Below, piece by piece: positions 11,401 through 23,399 of a stretch of DNA of 64,000 nt. The notes under the pieces were generated by a model, which worked only from the letters and a program-made list of their open reading frames with translations, had not been told where the DNA came from and ran no database searches. Where the stretch lies: NCBI GenBank assembly GCA_963514005.1, contig OY740805.1:36766001-36830000 (forward strand). Direction: 5' to 3'. The position numbers were made by a program, and so were the translations under genes. Each line of letters begins with the position of its first letter. The first letter of the stretch is position 1. The DNA comes from Raja brachyura (taxonomy: Eukaryota).

Positions 11401-14400
11401 ACCATTATGTATTTCCCCTTTGAAATCAGTCACCCGGCAGTAATACTTTCCTGTATCGTTGATTTTGAGGTAAATGATTTCGATGGATTCATTTAGAATT
11501 CCCGTTGAACAATGTTTCAGAACGCGACCATAATAGTCGCCGCTCGTGTTGGAAACGATACGAGTTTGCACGTCCACGTACCAACTAATGGCCCCAAGTG
11601 AACTGCTTGTCTTGCCACAGTTTAGCCGCACAGTCCCGCCTTCAGTAACTGTGACCTGCGTCGGTGATTGTATGATCGATTCGTCGGATCCAACAGCAGC
11701 TGGAACGAGAAATAAACTTATAGTTTCGGCGCTGGCCTTTCGGCCCACCCAGTCAATGGCATCCATTACACCTATCTACCCAATCCCATTTACTCGCGTT
11801 TCATGGCCTTTCTCTGTCTCAGCGTTTCAAGTGCTTGGCGAGACGCCTCTTAAATGTCGTGAGACAGCCCGTCTTCGATCCTGACCGCGGGAGCTGTCTG
11901 TCTGTGTGGAGTTTGTACGTTCTCCATTACATTGCCAGCATTTCCTCCTGGGAGCTCTTGCTTCCTCTCTCATCCCAAGGACGTGCTTCCTGATCGGTAA
12001 TTAACAGCTGTAAACAACTCCTTGCATCCATCCAGCTAACTGAGACAAAAGGACACTGTATAGCCACCAACTGGTCACAGGAGTGGAAGGCAACCTCATC
12101 TCAATTACAGAGCTGCATTTCTTCACCAGATAAAAGCTATCCAGGGTCTGACCTTCCCAGAGGAGCATGGGTGAAGCATGGGTGAACAACAGACAGCCAA
12201 CCATGCCATCTCTGGGTGACGGCACCACCACCCACCAAATGGAGCTCAGGGCCTGGCAGACATTGACGCCAACAGAAACAACAACCTGGCTGCTCAACAC
12301 CCGGCTTCAGATCTAACTATTCCTTTGGTTTATATTTCATTCGCAAGAAGAAGAACAGCTGTAAATTTCCCCTGGTATATGGAGGAGTCGGAGTGACCGT
12401 AGCGTGAATGTGAATTAAGAGAGAACTGGATTGCTCTTCAACGGAAAAAAAATGGCTTCCTTGCCACTTTCTAGAAATAGGGGATTTCGCCCACAATGGA
12501 CAATAATCGTGTTGGTTTAGTGTGGTTTAGAGACACAGCGCGGATACAGTCCCTTCGGCCTACCGAGTCCGGTGCGACCAACGAACCCCGCAAATTAACG
12601 CTATTCTGCACATATTGGGTACAAGTTACATTTATTCACAGAGGCAAATTAGCCTACAAACCGGCACGTCTTAGGAGTGTGGGAGGAAAACGGAGCTCCC
12701 GGTGAAAACTCACGCAGGGAGAACGTAAACTCTGTACAGACAGAATCCATAGTCAGGATCGAACCCGGGGTCCCTGGCGCTGTAAGGCACCACCTCTACC
12801 GTCCCTCGTGCGTGTTGCCCCTCTCGTAAGCTTTCCTGAACCCTCTGTACTTTCCTTACAGTTCCTCCATCTTCCTCGCCAGGTTATGTTCCCCCATCTT
12901 CCCCGCCAGCTACACCGTCTAGTCTGCATTGGTATCAACAACACATCACTCACCTGGTTCAAATTATACCTCTCCGGCAGCACTCAGTTTGTACAACTTA
13001 AAAATGTCCAATCACAACCCTCCCCAGTCACCAGCTGTGTTCCCCAGGGCTCAGTCCTGGGGCTCCTCCTTTTTATAATTTATTTACACCCCTTCGGTTT
13101 TATTTTCAGGAAATACAACATTCAATTTCACTGCTACGCAGATGACACCCAGCTCTACCTGTCCACCAAACCCACTTCCATGCTTCCTCCCTCTTCCCTG
13201 TTTGACTGCTTAGTGGAAATTAAAACCTCGTTTCCTCACAACTTCCTCAAACTCAACAGTGACAAAACTGAAATTCACCTTGTTGGCTCCAAATCCTCCC
13301 TATCTAACTGTCCCAATTTCTCACTCACCATTAACAATTCCATAGTCCCTCCTTCCCCTCAGGTCAAGAGTCTGGGTGTCATCCTTGTTAGCACACTTTC
13401 CTTTGAAAAACACATCAATAATCTCACTCGGTCTGCTTACTTCCCCCTACGCAGTACCCACCGTCTTCGTCCATCACTCAAACCTAACAGCACTGCTACT
13501 CTCATCCACGCCCTCGTCACCTCCCGTATTGGTTATTGTAACTCTCTCCTCTCTGGTTTACCCCACAAATCCATCCATAAACACCAATTGGTCCAGAACT
13601 CAGCTGACCGGATTATCACCAGAACCGCATCCCCCGAACACATCACTCCCATCCTCAAACAACTGCACTTGCTCCATATCCAATATCGCATTGATTTTAA
13701 GATTCCCCCCCCCCCCCCCCATTCACTTTCAAAGCCCCCCACAATCTCGCTCCTACAAACCTCTCTGAACTCCTTCAGCCTTACACTGCATCCCGAACTC
13801 TCCGATCCTCTTCTTCCTCCTTGCTCTCCACTGCGTCTACCCGCCTGTCCACGATGGGGTTCAGAGTCTTCAGCCGTTCTGCCCCTCACCTCTGGAACTC
13901 TCTCCCACTATCCATCCGTACCATAGAGTCTCTCCCCACCTTTAAAACCTCCCTCAAATGTCACCTATTCAGACGGGACTAGCCCACGTAACTCCACTTT
14001 CTATCAAATTCATGGATATGTTGTTTCTGTCTCATTTTATCTATATATTTGTAATTTGCTTGTTTTAACCGTAAGGTGTTCTTGAGTGATCTGAAAGGCG
14101 CCCATAAATAAAATGCATTAAACGCATTGTGGTCGTATGTTTGTTATTCCGATCTTGTGCTTCAATATTCATTGATTTTGCAGCGTCGAAAGCAGCCATG
14201 AAATCAGCACGGATTATATCAAATTATGCACCGATTCTCTCTTGGTCTTGTGCACATAGTCTCTTGCCAGAGTAGGGGAATCAAGGACCAGAGGACAGAG
14301 GTTCAAGGTGAAGGGGAAATTTTCAATAGGAATCCGAGGGGTATGTTTTCACACAGAGGGCGGTCGGTATATGGAGCAAGCCACCAGAGGAGATTGCTGA

Positions 14401-17400
14401 GGCTGGGCTAGGTTCCCATCGTGTAAGAAGCAGTTAGACAGGTACATGGATATGACAGGTTTCGAGGGACATGGTCCAAGCGCACGCAGGTTGGACTAGG
14501 GTTGCTGGGGCATTGTTGGCCGGTGTGCGCAGGTAGAACCGAATGGTCTGTTTCCACGCTGTATCTCTCTATGCCTCTATGACTGATCTTATAAACATGG
14601 AAAAATAGCAGGTGTAGGCCATTCGGCCCTACGAGCCAGCACCGCCATTCAATATTATCATGGCTCATTATCTAAATCCGTACCCCGTTCCTGCCCTCTC
14701 CCCATATCTCCCGACTCTGCTATATTTAAGAGCTCTATCTTGAAAGCATCCAGTGAATCGTCCTCCACTGCCTTCTATGGCAGATAATTCTGCAGATTCA
14801 CAACTCTCTGGATGAAAGTTTTTTTTCTCATCTCAGTCCTAAATATCCTAAACCCCTTATTCTTCAACTGGGACCCCTGGTTCCTATATTTATAATGGTT
14901 TTCTGTGCCTAAATAATGAATTTCTGTGCATAAATCTGATCTGGCAAAGCTTCGTTGTTGAGACGTGTGGTGGCCGGTGTTCAGAATGGTTTTTAGAACA
15001 ATAAAGGTAAAGTTATGATAACGGAAACTTACGTGTGACTGTGACTTCTGTGCCGTGGCCATTATATATTTCCCCTGTGGAACCAGTCACTCGGCAGTAA
15101 TATTTTCCTGTCTCGTTCATTTTGAGATCAGTGATTTCGATGGATTCTTGTAGAATTACCGGTGAACGATTTTTCAGAACGCGGCCATAATAGTCGCCGC
15201 CCTCATTGGAAACGGCACGAGTTTCCACGTCTTTGTACCAACTAATGGCCCCAATTCTACTGTTTGCCTTGCCAACAGATGTACAGTTTATCCGCACAGT
15301 CCCGCCTTCAGTGACTGTGACATTCTTCGGTGATTGTATGATCGATTCATCGGATCCAACAGCACCTGAAATCAGAAACAATCTTATAGTTCCGGCGCTG
15401 GCCTTTCGGCCCACCCAGTCAATGCCATCCAATACACCTATCTACACAATCCCATTTACACGTGTAGGGATCGTGGCCTTTCTATATCTCAGCGTTTCAG
15501 GTACTTAGCGAGACGCCTATTAAATGTTATGAGACAACCCAGGTTCGATCCTAACCCCGGGTGCTATCTGTCTGTGTGGATTTTGCGCGTTCTCCATTGT
15601 ATTGCCTGCGTTTCACCTGGGCGCTCTTCCTTGCTCTCTCATCCCAATGACGTGCGTCCTGATAGGTAATAAACAGCCCAAAACAACTTCTTGCATCCAT
15701 CCAGCCAACTGAGACAAAAGCACACCGGGTAGCCACCAAGTGCTCACAGGAGTGGAAGGCAACCTCATCTCCATTACACAGCTAAACCTCTTCACCATAA
15801 AAGCTGTTCAGGTTCTGACCTCCCCAGAGGAGCATGGTGCAGATCAACAAACTTGGTACTGGAGTTGGCCGTTTCAACGCCAGAGGCCAGCCTGTGAATG
15901 CGGAGCAGAACAACAGACAGCCAACCATGTCATCTCTGGGCGCCCGCTTTATCACCAAATAGAGCTCAGGCCCTGGCAGACATTGACGTTAACAGAGACA
16001 ACAACCTGGCTGCTCAACACCCGGCTTGAGATCTAACCATTCCTTTGGTTTATGTTTCATTCGCAAATTACCCCTGGTATATGGAGGAGTCGGAGTGACC
16101 GTATCGTGCATGTGAATTAAGAGGGAACTGGATTTCTCTTCGATGGAAAGAAATAAATGTCTTACTGCTTTCTAGAAATAGGGGATTTCGGCCACAATGG
16201 ACAATAATCGTGTTGGTTTAGTGTGCTTTAGAGATACATCGCAGATACCGGTCCTTCGGCCCACCGAGTCAGCTGCGACCAATGATCCCCGCAAAATAAC
16301 GCTATTCTGCACTCACTAGGGCCAATTTACATTTCTCACCGAGGCCAATTAACCTACAAACCAGTACGTCTTTGGAGTGTGGGAGGAAAACGGAGCTCCG
16401 GGTGAAACCCCACGCAGGGAGAACAGAGAGAACCTGTAGTCAGGATCGAACCCTGGGTCCCTGGCGCTGTAAGACTGCAACTCTCCCGCCGCGCCACCGT
16501 GTCGCCCCTCTCTTAAGCTTTCCTAAACCCACGGTACCTTCCTTACAGTTCCTCCATCTTCCCCGCCAAGTTATGGTCTTATGTTTCTTATTTCGATTTT
16601 GTGCATCAACATTCGTGGATGTTGCAGCGTCGAAAGCGACCGTGAAATCGTCACGGATTATATCAAATCATGCACCGATTCTCTATTGATCCTGTACACT
16701 GATGCACATACTCTCTAGCCCAGAGTAGGGGAATCGAGGACCAGAGGACAGAGTTTCAAGGTGAAGGGGAAAATATTTAGTAGGAATCCGATGGGTATTT
16801 TTTTCACACAGAGGGCGCTCGAAGTATGGAGCAAGTCGTCAGAGGAGTTCGTTGGGGTTGGGACTATCCCATCGTTTAAGAAGCAGTTGGACAGGTACAT
16901 GGATAGGACTGGTTTCTATGGGCTGGTGTCGCTGGGACACTGTTGGCCGCTGTGGGCAAGTTGAGCCGAAGAGCCTGTTTCTACGTTGTATCACTTTATG
17001 ACCATGTGACTGATCTTGCACATTCTAATACAAAAATAAACGTAGAACAATGGGTGCAGGAGTAGGCCATTCGCCCCTTCGAGTCAGCACCGCCATTCAA
17101 TATGATCATAGCTGATCATCTAAAATTAGTACCCCGTTCCTGCTTTCCCCCCATATCTCTTGATGCTCTTAATCGAACTCCCTCTTTAAGGCATCGAGTG
17201 AATCGTCCTCCACTGCCTTCTGTGGCAGAGAATTCCACAGATTCACAACTCTCTGGGTGAAAAGGCCTACCCTTTATTTTCAAACTGTGTCCCCTGGTTC
17301 CTACATATATAATAAATGTCTGTGCCTCAATCTGATCTGAACACGTTTCGTTGTTGAGGCGTGTGGTGGCCAGTGTTAAGAATGTTTTTGAGAACGGTAA

Positions 17401-20400
17401 AGATAAAGTTAAGATAACGGAATCTTACGTATGACTGTGACTTCAGTGCCGTGGCCATTATATATTTTCTCTGGGAAAACACTCACTCGGCAGTAATATC
17501 TTCCTGCGTCGGTCATTTTGAGGTCAGTGATTTCGATGGATCCGTTTAGAATCCCCGTTGAAATAATTTCCAAAACGCGACCATGATAGTCGCCACTCGA
17601 GTTGGAAACGGTATGAGTTTGAGTTTCCACGTCTTTGTACCAATTAATGGCTCCAATTGCCTTGCCAACAAATGCACAATTAATCCGCACAGTCCCGCCT
17701 TCAGTAACTGTGATCTGCTCCGGTGATTGTATGATCGATTCATCGGATCCAACAGCACCTGAAATTCAGAAATAACAATATAGTTTCGGCGCTGGGCTTT
17801 CGGCCCATCCAGTCAATGCCATCCAATACCCTATCTACACAATCCCATTTACTCCCGTTAGGATAATGGCCTTCCTATGTCTCAGCATTTCAAGTGCTTG
17901 GTGAGACGAGTCTTAAATGTCATGACACAATGCGGGTTCGATTCTTTACCTCTCTCCCTCTCTCCCTCTCTCCCTCTCTCCCTCCCTCCCTCTCCCCTTT
18001 CTCCCTTTCTCCCTCTCTCTCTACCTCTCTCACTCTCTCCCTCCCTCCCTCTCCACTTTCTCCCTTTCTCCCTCTCTCTCTCCCTCTCTCCCTCTCTCCC
18101 TCTCCCTCCCTTACCATCACCTCCCCTCCACTCTTTCTCCATCTCCCTCTCCCTCCCCCCCCCCACTGTTCTCACTTCCGCACACTCCGTCCCCCACCCC
18201 CTCTCGCTCCCCTCGCNNNNNNNNNNNNNNNNNNNNNNNNNNNNNNNNNNNNNNNNNNNNNNNNNNNNNNNNNNNNNNNNNNNNNNNNNNNNNNNNNNNN
18301 NNNNNNNNNNNNNNNNNNNNNNNNNNNNNNNNNNNNNNNNNNNNNNNNNNNNGAAAGGACCAAGCGACCACACTCCACTGCATCTTTGAACGGATACCTG
18401 TAGGCGGAAACAAACACACAAATAGAGGTCAGGCAGCATCTGTGGAAGACATGGGAAATCCGTCTGCAGAGAGGTCCAGACCCGAAACGTCTGCAGTTCC
18501 CATTTCCCACCTCCAGAGGCGCTCCCTGACCTGCTGAGTTACTCCAGCACTTAAGTCCTTGTGCATTAACTAGCACATGTGGTTCATTGTTTTTACCTCC
18601 AGAGATGCTGCCTGACCCGATTAGTTCCTCCAACACGATGGGGGGTTTTTTATACCGTCTTGTGCAGCATTGTGAAATCCCTTCAGAAGGAACAAGCTAG
18701 ACCGCTTTTCCGGAGGAAACAGGACGTTAGCTGCCTCAAAGGTGACGAAGCCTTTTAACTATTTGCGTGCAAACAATCCACTTAGTGGAAGATCTAAAAG
18801 TAAGATGTTTATTGATCACTCAAATTCAGAATTCGGGATTTCGTTCATTGGCCGAACGGATAATCTGGATCTGCACTCAGTTTAGTGTACCGAGGTACAG
18901 AGATGCTGCCTGTCCCGCTGAGTTAGATGGAGCTCTTAAATATAGTCGAATCAGTGGATATGGGGATATGGCAGGAACGGGGTACTGCTAGGGGATGATC
19001 AGCCATGATCATAGTAAATGGCGGTGCTGGCTCGAAGGGCCGAATGAGGGAGAGAATTCCGCAATCTCACAACTCTACGTGTTTCCTCATCTCCGTTCTA
19101 AATGGCTTACCCCTTAATCTTAAACTACGACCCCTGGTTCTGGACTACCCCAACATCCTGCCTCTAGCGGGTCCAAACCCTTAATAATCTTATATGTTTC
19201 AATAAGATCCCCTCTCATCCCAAATTCCAGTGTATACAAGCCGAACTGCTCCATTCTCTCAGCATATGACAGTCCCGCCATCCCGGGAATTAACCTGCTG
19301 AAGCTACGCTGCACTCCCCCAATAGCAAGAATGTCCTTCCTCAAATTTGGAGACCAAAACTGCACACAAAACTCCATTTGTGGTCTCACTAGGGCCCAGT
19401 ACAACTGCAGAAGGACCTCTTTGTTCCTATACTCAATCGTCTTGTTAACAAGGCCAACATGCCATTCGCTTTCTTCACCGCCTGTTGTACCTGCATGCTT
19501 ACTTTCATGGACTGATGAACAAGGACCCCCCATATCCCGTTGTACTTCTCCTTTTCCCAACTTGACAACATTTAGATAATAATCTGCCTTGATCTTTTGT
19601 TACCAAAGTGGATAACTTCACATTTATCCTCGTTAAACTGCACCTGCCATGCAACATTTTTACCCAGAGAGTTGTGAATTTATGGAATTCCCTGCCACAG
19701 TGGGCAGTCGGCAGTGGAGCAGTGGAGGCCAAATCACTGGATGGATTTAAGAGAGACGATCAGCCATGATCATATTGAATGGCGGTGCTGGTTCGAAGAC
19801 CGAATGGCCTCCTCCTGCACCTATTTCCTCAGTTTCTATTTTCTCTGTTTCTGTAAATTTGCTAATGTGGCGTAATCCTTCATCTAATTCATTAACATAT
19901 ATTGTAAATAGCTGCGGTCCCAGCACCGAGCCTTGGGGTACCCCATTAGTCAGTCCCTGCCATTCTGAAAGGGACCTGTTAATCCCTCCTCTTTGTTTCC
20001 TGTCTGTCAACCACTTCTCTATCCATGTCAGCACTCTACCCCCAATACCACGTGCCCTAATGTTGCCCACTAACCTCCCATGTGGGACCTTATCAAATGC
20101 TTTATGAATGTCCAGGTACACTACATCCACTGGTTCTCCCTTGTCCATATTCCAAGTTACATCTCAAATATTACCAGACGATTTGTCAAGCATGATTTCC
20201 CCTTCGTAAATCCACGCTGACTCGGATCGATCCTGATACTCCTATCCAAATGTGCAGCTATTTCATCTTATATGATTGACTCTAGCATCTTCCCCACCAC
20301 CAAAGAACCGGTCTATTATTCCTCGTTTTCTCTCTTCCGCCTTTCTTAAAGAGAGGGATAACATTAGCTACCCTCCAATCCACAGGAACAGATCGTAAAT

Positions 20401-21015
20401 CTATAGAACATTGTAAAAAATATCTCCAATGCGTTCACGATTTCTAGAGCCACTTCCGTAAGTACTCCGGGATGAAGACCATCAGGCCCTGGGGATATAT
20501 CAGACTTCAGTCCCATCAGTCTACCCAACACAATTTCTCCAAGGTTCCAACTTCGGTCTTAAGTAATGTTTTCATCTTCACATACATAAAGAAGCCTTTA
20601 CTATCCACCTTTATATTCTTGGCTAGCTTACCTTCGTACCTCATATTTTCTCCCCGTATTGCCTTTTTAGTTATCATCTGTTGCCCTTTAAACATTACCC
20701 AAACCTGTGGCTTCCAGCTCATCTTTTCTACGTTGTACGTCTTCTCTTTTATTTTTATAGTTCCTAGTTCACTTGGGACAAACTTGCTAGCCAATTCGCC
20801 TTAAACCAGGATACTGGAGCACACAAGTAACCCCAAGAGGTTCATTGGGAGATGTGCAAACTCCATTCAGACAGCACTCAGGATCTGGATCAAACGTGGA
20901 TAATTGGATTCAGTATCCTTAGTAACAGGGCCGATCATCTTATCAACATAGGGGTACAGTGGACTTCAAGCACGAGGAAGCAAGCTAAAGATATTCTGAT
21001 ATTTTCACATGCCAT
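2016..21015 (-). CDS. Gene A (spliced, 7 exons, ~578 aa): NKp30/NCR3-like inhibitory receptor with 3 VJ-type Ig domains, neutral TM and 5 ITIMs
   Basis: Exons 20958-21015, 17429-17758, 15033-15365, 11304-11699, 8369-8506, 5493-5524, 2016-2465 have GT/AG boundaries, phases 1-1-1-1-1-0, and sum to 1737 nt (579 codons with stop) without internal stops. Leader exon is the least certain part. Confidence 0.8.
2109..2333 (-). repeat. Three 75-bp coding tandem repeats, each carrying one ITIM
   Basis: ggatgt(c/t)tcaaggcggagta recurs at 2131, 2206 and 2281; unit SAAGG(Y/R)ED(S/P)VVYSAL(K/R)HPAPxxNxA. Confidence 0.95.
2556..2855. mobile_element. MITE-like DNA transposon remnant with internal inverted repeat
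   Basis: 24-bp perfect inverted repeat at 2558-2581 and 2738-2761; ends in AAGTGGGGCAGGCCCTTAA, resembling a Harbinger-type terminus (inference). Confidence 0.45.
2875..5420 (+). mobile_element. CR1-type LINE ORF2 (reverse transcriptase), degenerate
   Basis: [28 protein letters not shown], [17 protein letters not shown] and PQGSVL split by stops and frameshifts. Confidence 0.93.
5493..5524 (-). CDS. Gene A short cytoplasmic exon, (G)[10 protein letters not shown]
   Basis: atattacag|GTAAAGGA...GCTAAG|gtatgt; 32 nt, phase 1 in and phase 0 out, exactly bridging the TM exon and the ITIM exon. Confidence 0.75.
6032..6185. other. Undetermined bases (N run); others at 18217-18352, 41127-41318 and 41411-41552
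   Basis: n characters in the sequence. Confidence 0.99.
6335..6600 (+). mobile_element. Rex1/Babar-like LINE 3' fragment
   Basis: Degenerate RLYFLRRL...YRCTI-type C-terminal ORF2 sequence. Confidence 0.45.
7660..8135 (-). mobile_element. Penelope-like element fragment (GIY-YIG C-terminus and LTR)
   Basis: [27 protein letters not shown] and [19 protein letters not shown]. Confidence 0.8.
8369..8506 (-). CDS. Gene A transmembrane exon (uncharged TM)
   Basis: ttttatttcccaacag|GG... and CCAG|gtaata; encodes [45 protein letters not shown], a hydrophobic span followed by a basic stop-transfer. Confidence 0.88.
9055..9622 (-). mobile_element. CR1-type LINE 3' fragment
   Basis: [27 protein letters not shown]. 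Confidence 0.88.
10445..10472 (-). ncRNA. Minimal hammerhead-ribozyme-like motif (Penelope LTR)
   Basis: CUGAAGA-A-GGGUC(UC)GACCC-GAAACGUC. Confidence 0.5.
11119..11146 (+). ncRNA. Minimal hammerhead-ribozyme-like motif (Penelope LTR)
   Basis: CTGAAGAAGGGTCTCGACCCGAAACGTC. Confidence 0.5.
11304..11699 (-). CDS. Gene A membrane-proximal VJ-type Ig domain plus repetitive stalk (NKp30-like)
   Basis: cgttccag|CT and T|gtaagt, phase 1-1, 396 nt. Has C..W..DTGKYYC and the J-like GHGTEVTV. Confidence 0.92.
12900..14118 (+). mobile_element. L2-type LINE 3' fragment (RT)
   Basis: [36 protein letters not shown]; frameshift at the poly-C near 13710; aataaa at the 3' end. Confidence 0.9.
15033..15365 (-). 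CDS. Gene A middle VJ-type Ig domain (NKp30-like)
   Basis: atttcag|GT and C|gtaagt, 333 nt. INCTSV...IGAISWYKD...ETGKYYCRV...[10 protein letters not shown]. Confidence 0.92.
17429..17758 (-). CDS. Gene A membrane-distal VJ-type Ig domain (NKp30-like)
   Basis: atttcag|GT and C|gtaaga, 330 nt. [30 protein letters not shown] and GHGTEVTV resemble human NKp30 AIGSVTWFRD, VRN..EFRGRL, CRVEV and GNGTRLVV (recalled, not aligned). Confidence 0.92.
17950..18216 (+). repeat. CT-rich low-complexity tract (also 21835-22040 and 45035-45240)
   Basis: (CTCC/CT)n polypyrimidine runs. Confidence 0.9.
18920..20762 (-). mobile_element. CR1-type LINE fragments, nested (paralog 42120-43960)
   Basis: [42 protein letters not shown]. 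Confidence 0.88.
20958..21015 (-). CDS. Gene A putative leader (signal peptide) exon
   Basis: [19 protein letters not shown](C) joins in phase 1 to AVG|SDESIIQ, giving a plausible signal peptide. The donor GTACCC is weak. An ETS-IRF motif lies just upstream. Confidence 0.55.
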
Positions 21016-21047
21016 TAAAAAAAATCATCAAGATTGCTCACAGCTAG

Positions 21048-21057
21048 TTTCACTTCC
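21048..21057 (-). promoter_or_regulatory. ETS-IRF composite element (EICE-like), gene A promoter
   Basis: GGAAGTGAAA matches GGAAnnGAAA, about 33 bp upstream of the putative ATG. Confidence 0.5.
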
Positions 21058-21514
21058 TCACAAGCAGGCAACTAAACTTCCTTAATTTTGTAATTACATT
21101 CTAAGAAACGACGTGTGTGCTTAGTAACGACGTGTGGAAATTTATTTTGAGAATACCGCATCTGCAGCCTTGTTAACGCCAAGTTGTTTAGTTCCTCTTT
21201 ATTTACCGCCCTTCTGCATTCACAGGTTCACATATGTGTCCACCTGCTAGATATCTCGCGAAGTTGGGGGTTTAAAGTGCACACTCTCCACTCTCCAACT
21301 AGAACACACGGATTGCGTGGGGATTCAACATGGCGGATACGCAGGCAGGTGGGACTGGTGCGGATGAGACATGTGAGAGTGTGGACAGGTTGGACCGAAG
21401 GGCCTGATTCCATTCTGTATGCGTCCATGACTCTGTCAAAATCAAAAGGCAAAGACATAACAAGCTCGATTAACTCGGCGGGACAGACAGTATCTCTGGA
21501 GAGAAGGAATGGGT

Positions 21515-21542
21515 GACGTTTCGGGTCGAGACCCTTCTTCAG
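21515..21542 (-). ncRNA. Minimal hammerhead-ribozyme-like motif (Penelope LTR)
   Basis: Same 28-mer on the minus strand. Confidence 0.5.
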
Positions 21543-22100
21543 ACTGAGAGTCTGGGGAAAGGTAAACGTGAGATGTGCAAAAAAAAGTACAATGATAACG
21601 GAAACAGGCAATATACAATAGACAATACGTACAGGAGTAGGCCATTCGGCCTTTCGAGCCAGCACCGCCATTCAATGTGATCATCCACAATCTGTACCCT
21701 GTTCCTGCCTTCTCCCCATATCTCCAGACTTCGCTATTTTAAGAGTTTTTTTCTCGGTCCAGTGTCTTTAATTCCACGCGATCCTCGATACACAGACAAG
21801 ATAAGTTAAACATTAAAAAAAACGTGTATCAGTCTCTTCCGCTCCCTCCCTCTCTCTCTCCCCCACCCCCCCCCCCCCCTCAGCCCCCCCTCTCTCCACC
21901 TCTCTCCAGCCACCTATCTCCCCGTCTCCTCCCTCTCCCTTCTCTCTCCCCTCTTTCTCCCCCCCTCTCCCCTTCTCCGTCTCCACCTCTCCCCACTACC
22001 TTCCTCCTCTCCCTACTCCCCCACCACCCCCCCTTCCATCCATGAACCCCCTCCAGGGTAACACATTCACCAACACTCAGTGTTCTATCGTATTATACTG

Positions 22101-22300
22101 GCGGTCACGGTGGCGCAGCGGCAGAGTTGCTGCCTTACACCGCTTACAGCCGCCAGTGTCCAGGTTCAATCCCGATCACGGATGCTGTCTGTACGGAGCT
22201 TGTGTAGTGTGTCGTGTTAATGTGCGGCGACCGCTGGTCGGTGCGGATTCGGTGAACCGAAGGGTCTGTTTTCGCACTGTATTTCTAAACTAAACTAAAC
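22101..22300 (+). mobile_element. tRNA-derived SINE (paralog 45301-45500; other copies near 1725-1972, 12505-12820, 16205-16505, 39375-39690)
   Basis: A box TGGCGCAGCGG, B box GGTTCAATCC, (CTAAA)n tail. Confidence 0.8.
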
Positions 22301-23399
22301 TGGTTAAACCCACCAACATCCCACTAACATAAACACACAATATTCCCAAAGACCTATCGGGGGTAACTCGATATTCCGGCACTTACCCCCAGTAAATTGT
22401 TGCGCGATGGCAGCGTTGGATCTGAAGCTGCTCTTGGACTTCTTACAGGGAGCGAAGCACTGAGCTGCAAAAGAGAGAAGTCTTGTCAACATCCAGTCTT
22501 ATCTGCATCCGGCAGAATTCTAGCTTCCGTAAACCATGTTGGGAACGAGGGCACGTTCTGTATGGTTGCCTTATGGATTAATAACAGCAAAAAAAACATA
22601 CTTACATTTTGGAAAAACGCATCCACGCCAACGTTTAAAATGTGGATTTCAAATATGTCGGAAACGTTACATCTTGAAGAAATTAGATTCCTCCTATTAG
22701 GCAAAGTAGACCAATTCTTAAAGATTTGGTCTCCTTTTATCGACTTGTTACAAGCATATGGTGCAACATAACCTTAGAAATTAAATGGTCCAGAAGCGGG
22801 TGACGGGTGGGTAAAGATATTAAAGACGTATATCTTTCCTAATTTCTTTTCTGTTTTTAGTCTTTTTAAAAAAATATATTTAGCTTCTTATGCCTTCTTT
22901 CTGTCTCTCTGGCTATTCGTTTCTACTCTCTTGTCTATCTCTTTTTCGGGCTCTTCCTATTATATCACGAATTATCACCATCACCATTGCCTGCGACACT
23001 CTCTATTTTCTTCTTTCTATCACTGTTCTTTTATCATTAAATTAAAAAGAAGAAGTTGTACAAGAACTGTAATATGTCTGTATGCATCCGGTACTTAGGT
23101 ACCACATTACTGTATTTACTTCTAACAAAAATATATATATTTAAAAAAGAAGAAAAAAAGACTTGGGTGTCTCCAGCTGAAACTCACCAGGAAGGCTGGC
23201 TCTGTCCTGGGGCGGAGTTGGATTCATGGGAGGTGGACTTGGAGGGCAGGCAACAGACTGGTTCCACCAACATGCAGCACAGAACGCCACAGGAGATCCT
23301 TCTTCCCTGTGGCTACCAAACTGTACAAGGGTAGACTGACTGATGGTGCCTCACCCGCTGAGTTACTTCAGCATTTTGTGTCTACTTTTCTTTTTTTTT

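Noticed and set aside
11700-11766. N-terminal [12 protein letters not shown]... extensions of V ORFs as leader peptides
   Set aside because: Not hydrophobic. They are repeat-derived intron sequence upstream of a strong polypyrimidine-AG acceptor.
12808-13926. 372-aa ORF as a host gene
   Set aside because: L2 LINE reverse transcriptase remnant with a frameshift; the same applies to 36992-38008.
22101-22175. tRNA gene
   Set aside because: A/B boxes continue into a SINE body and (CTAAA)n tail; no convincing cloverleaf.
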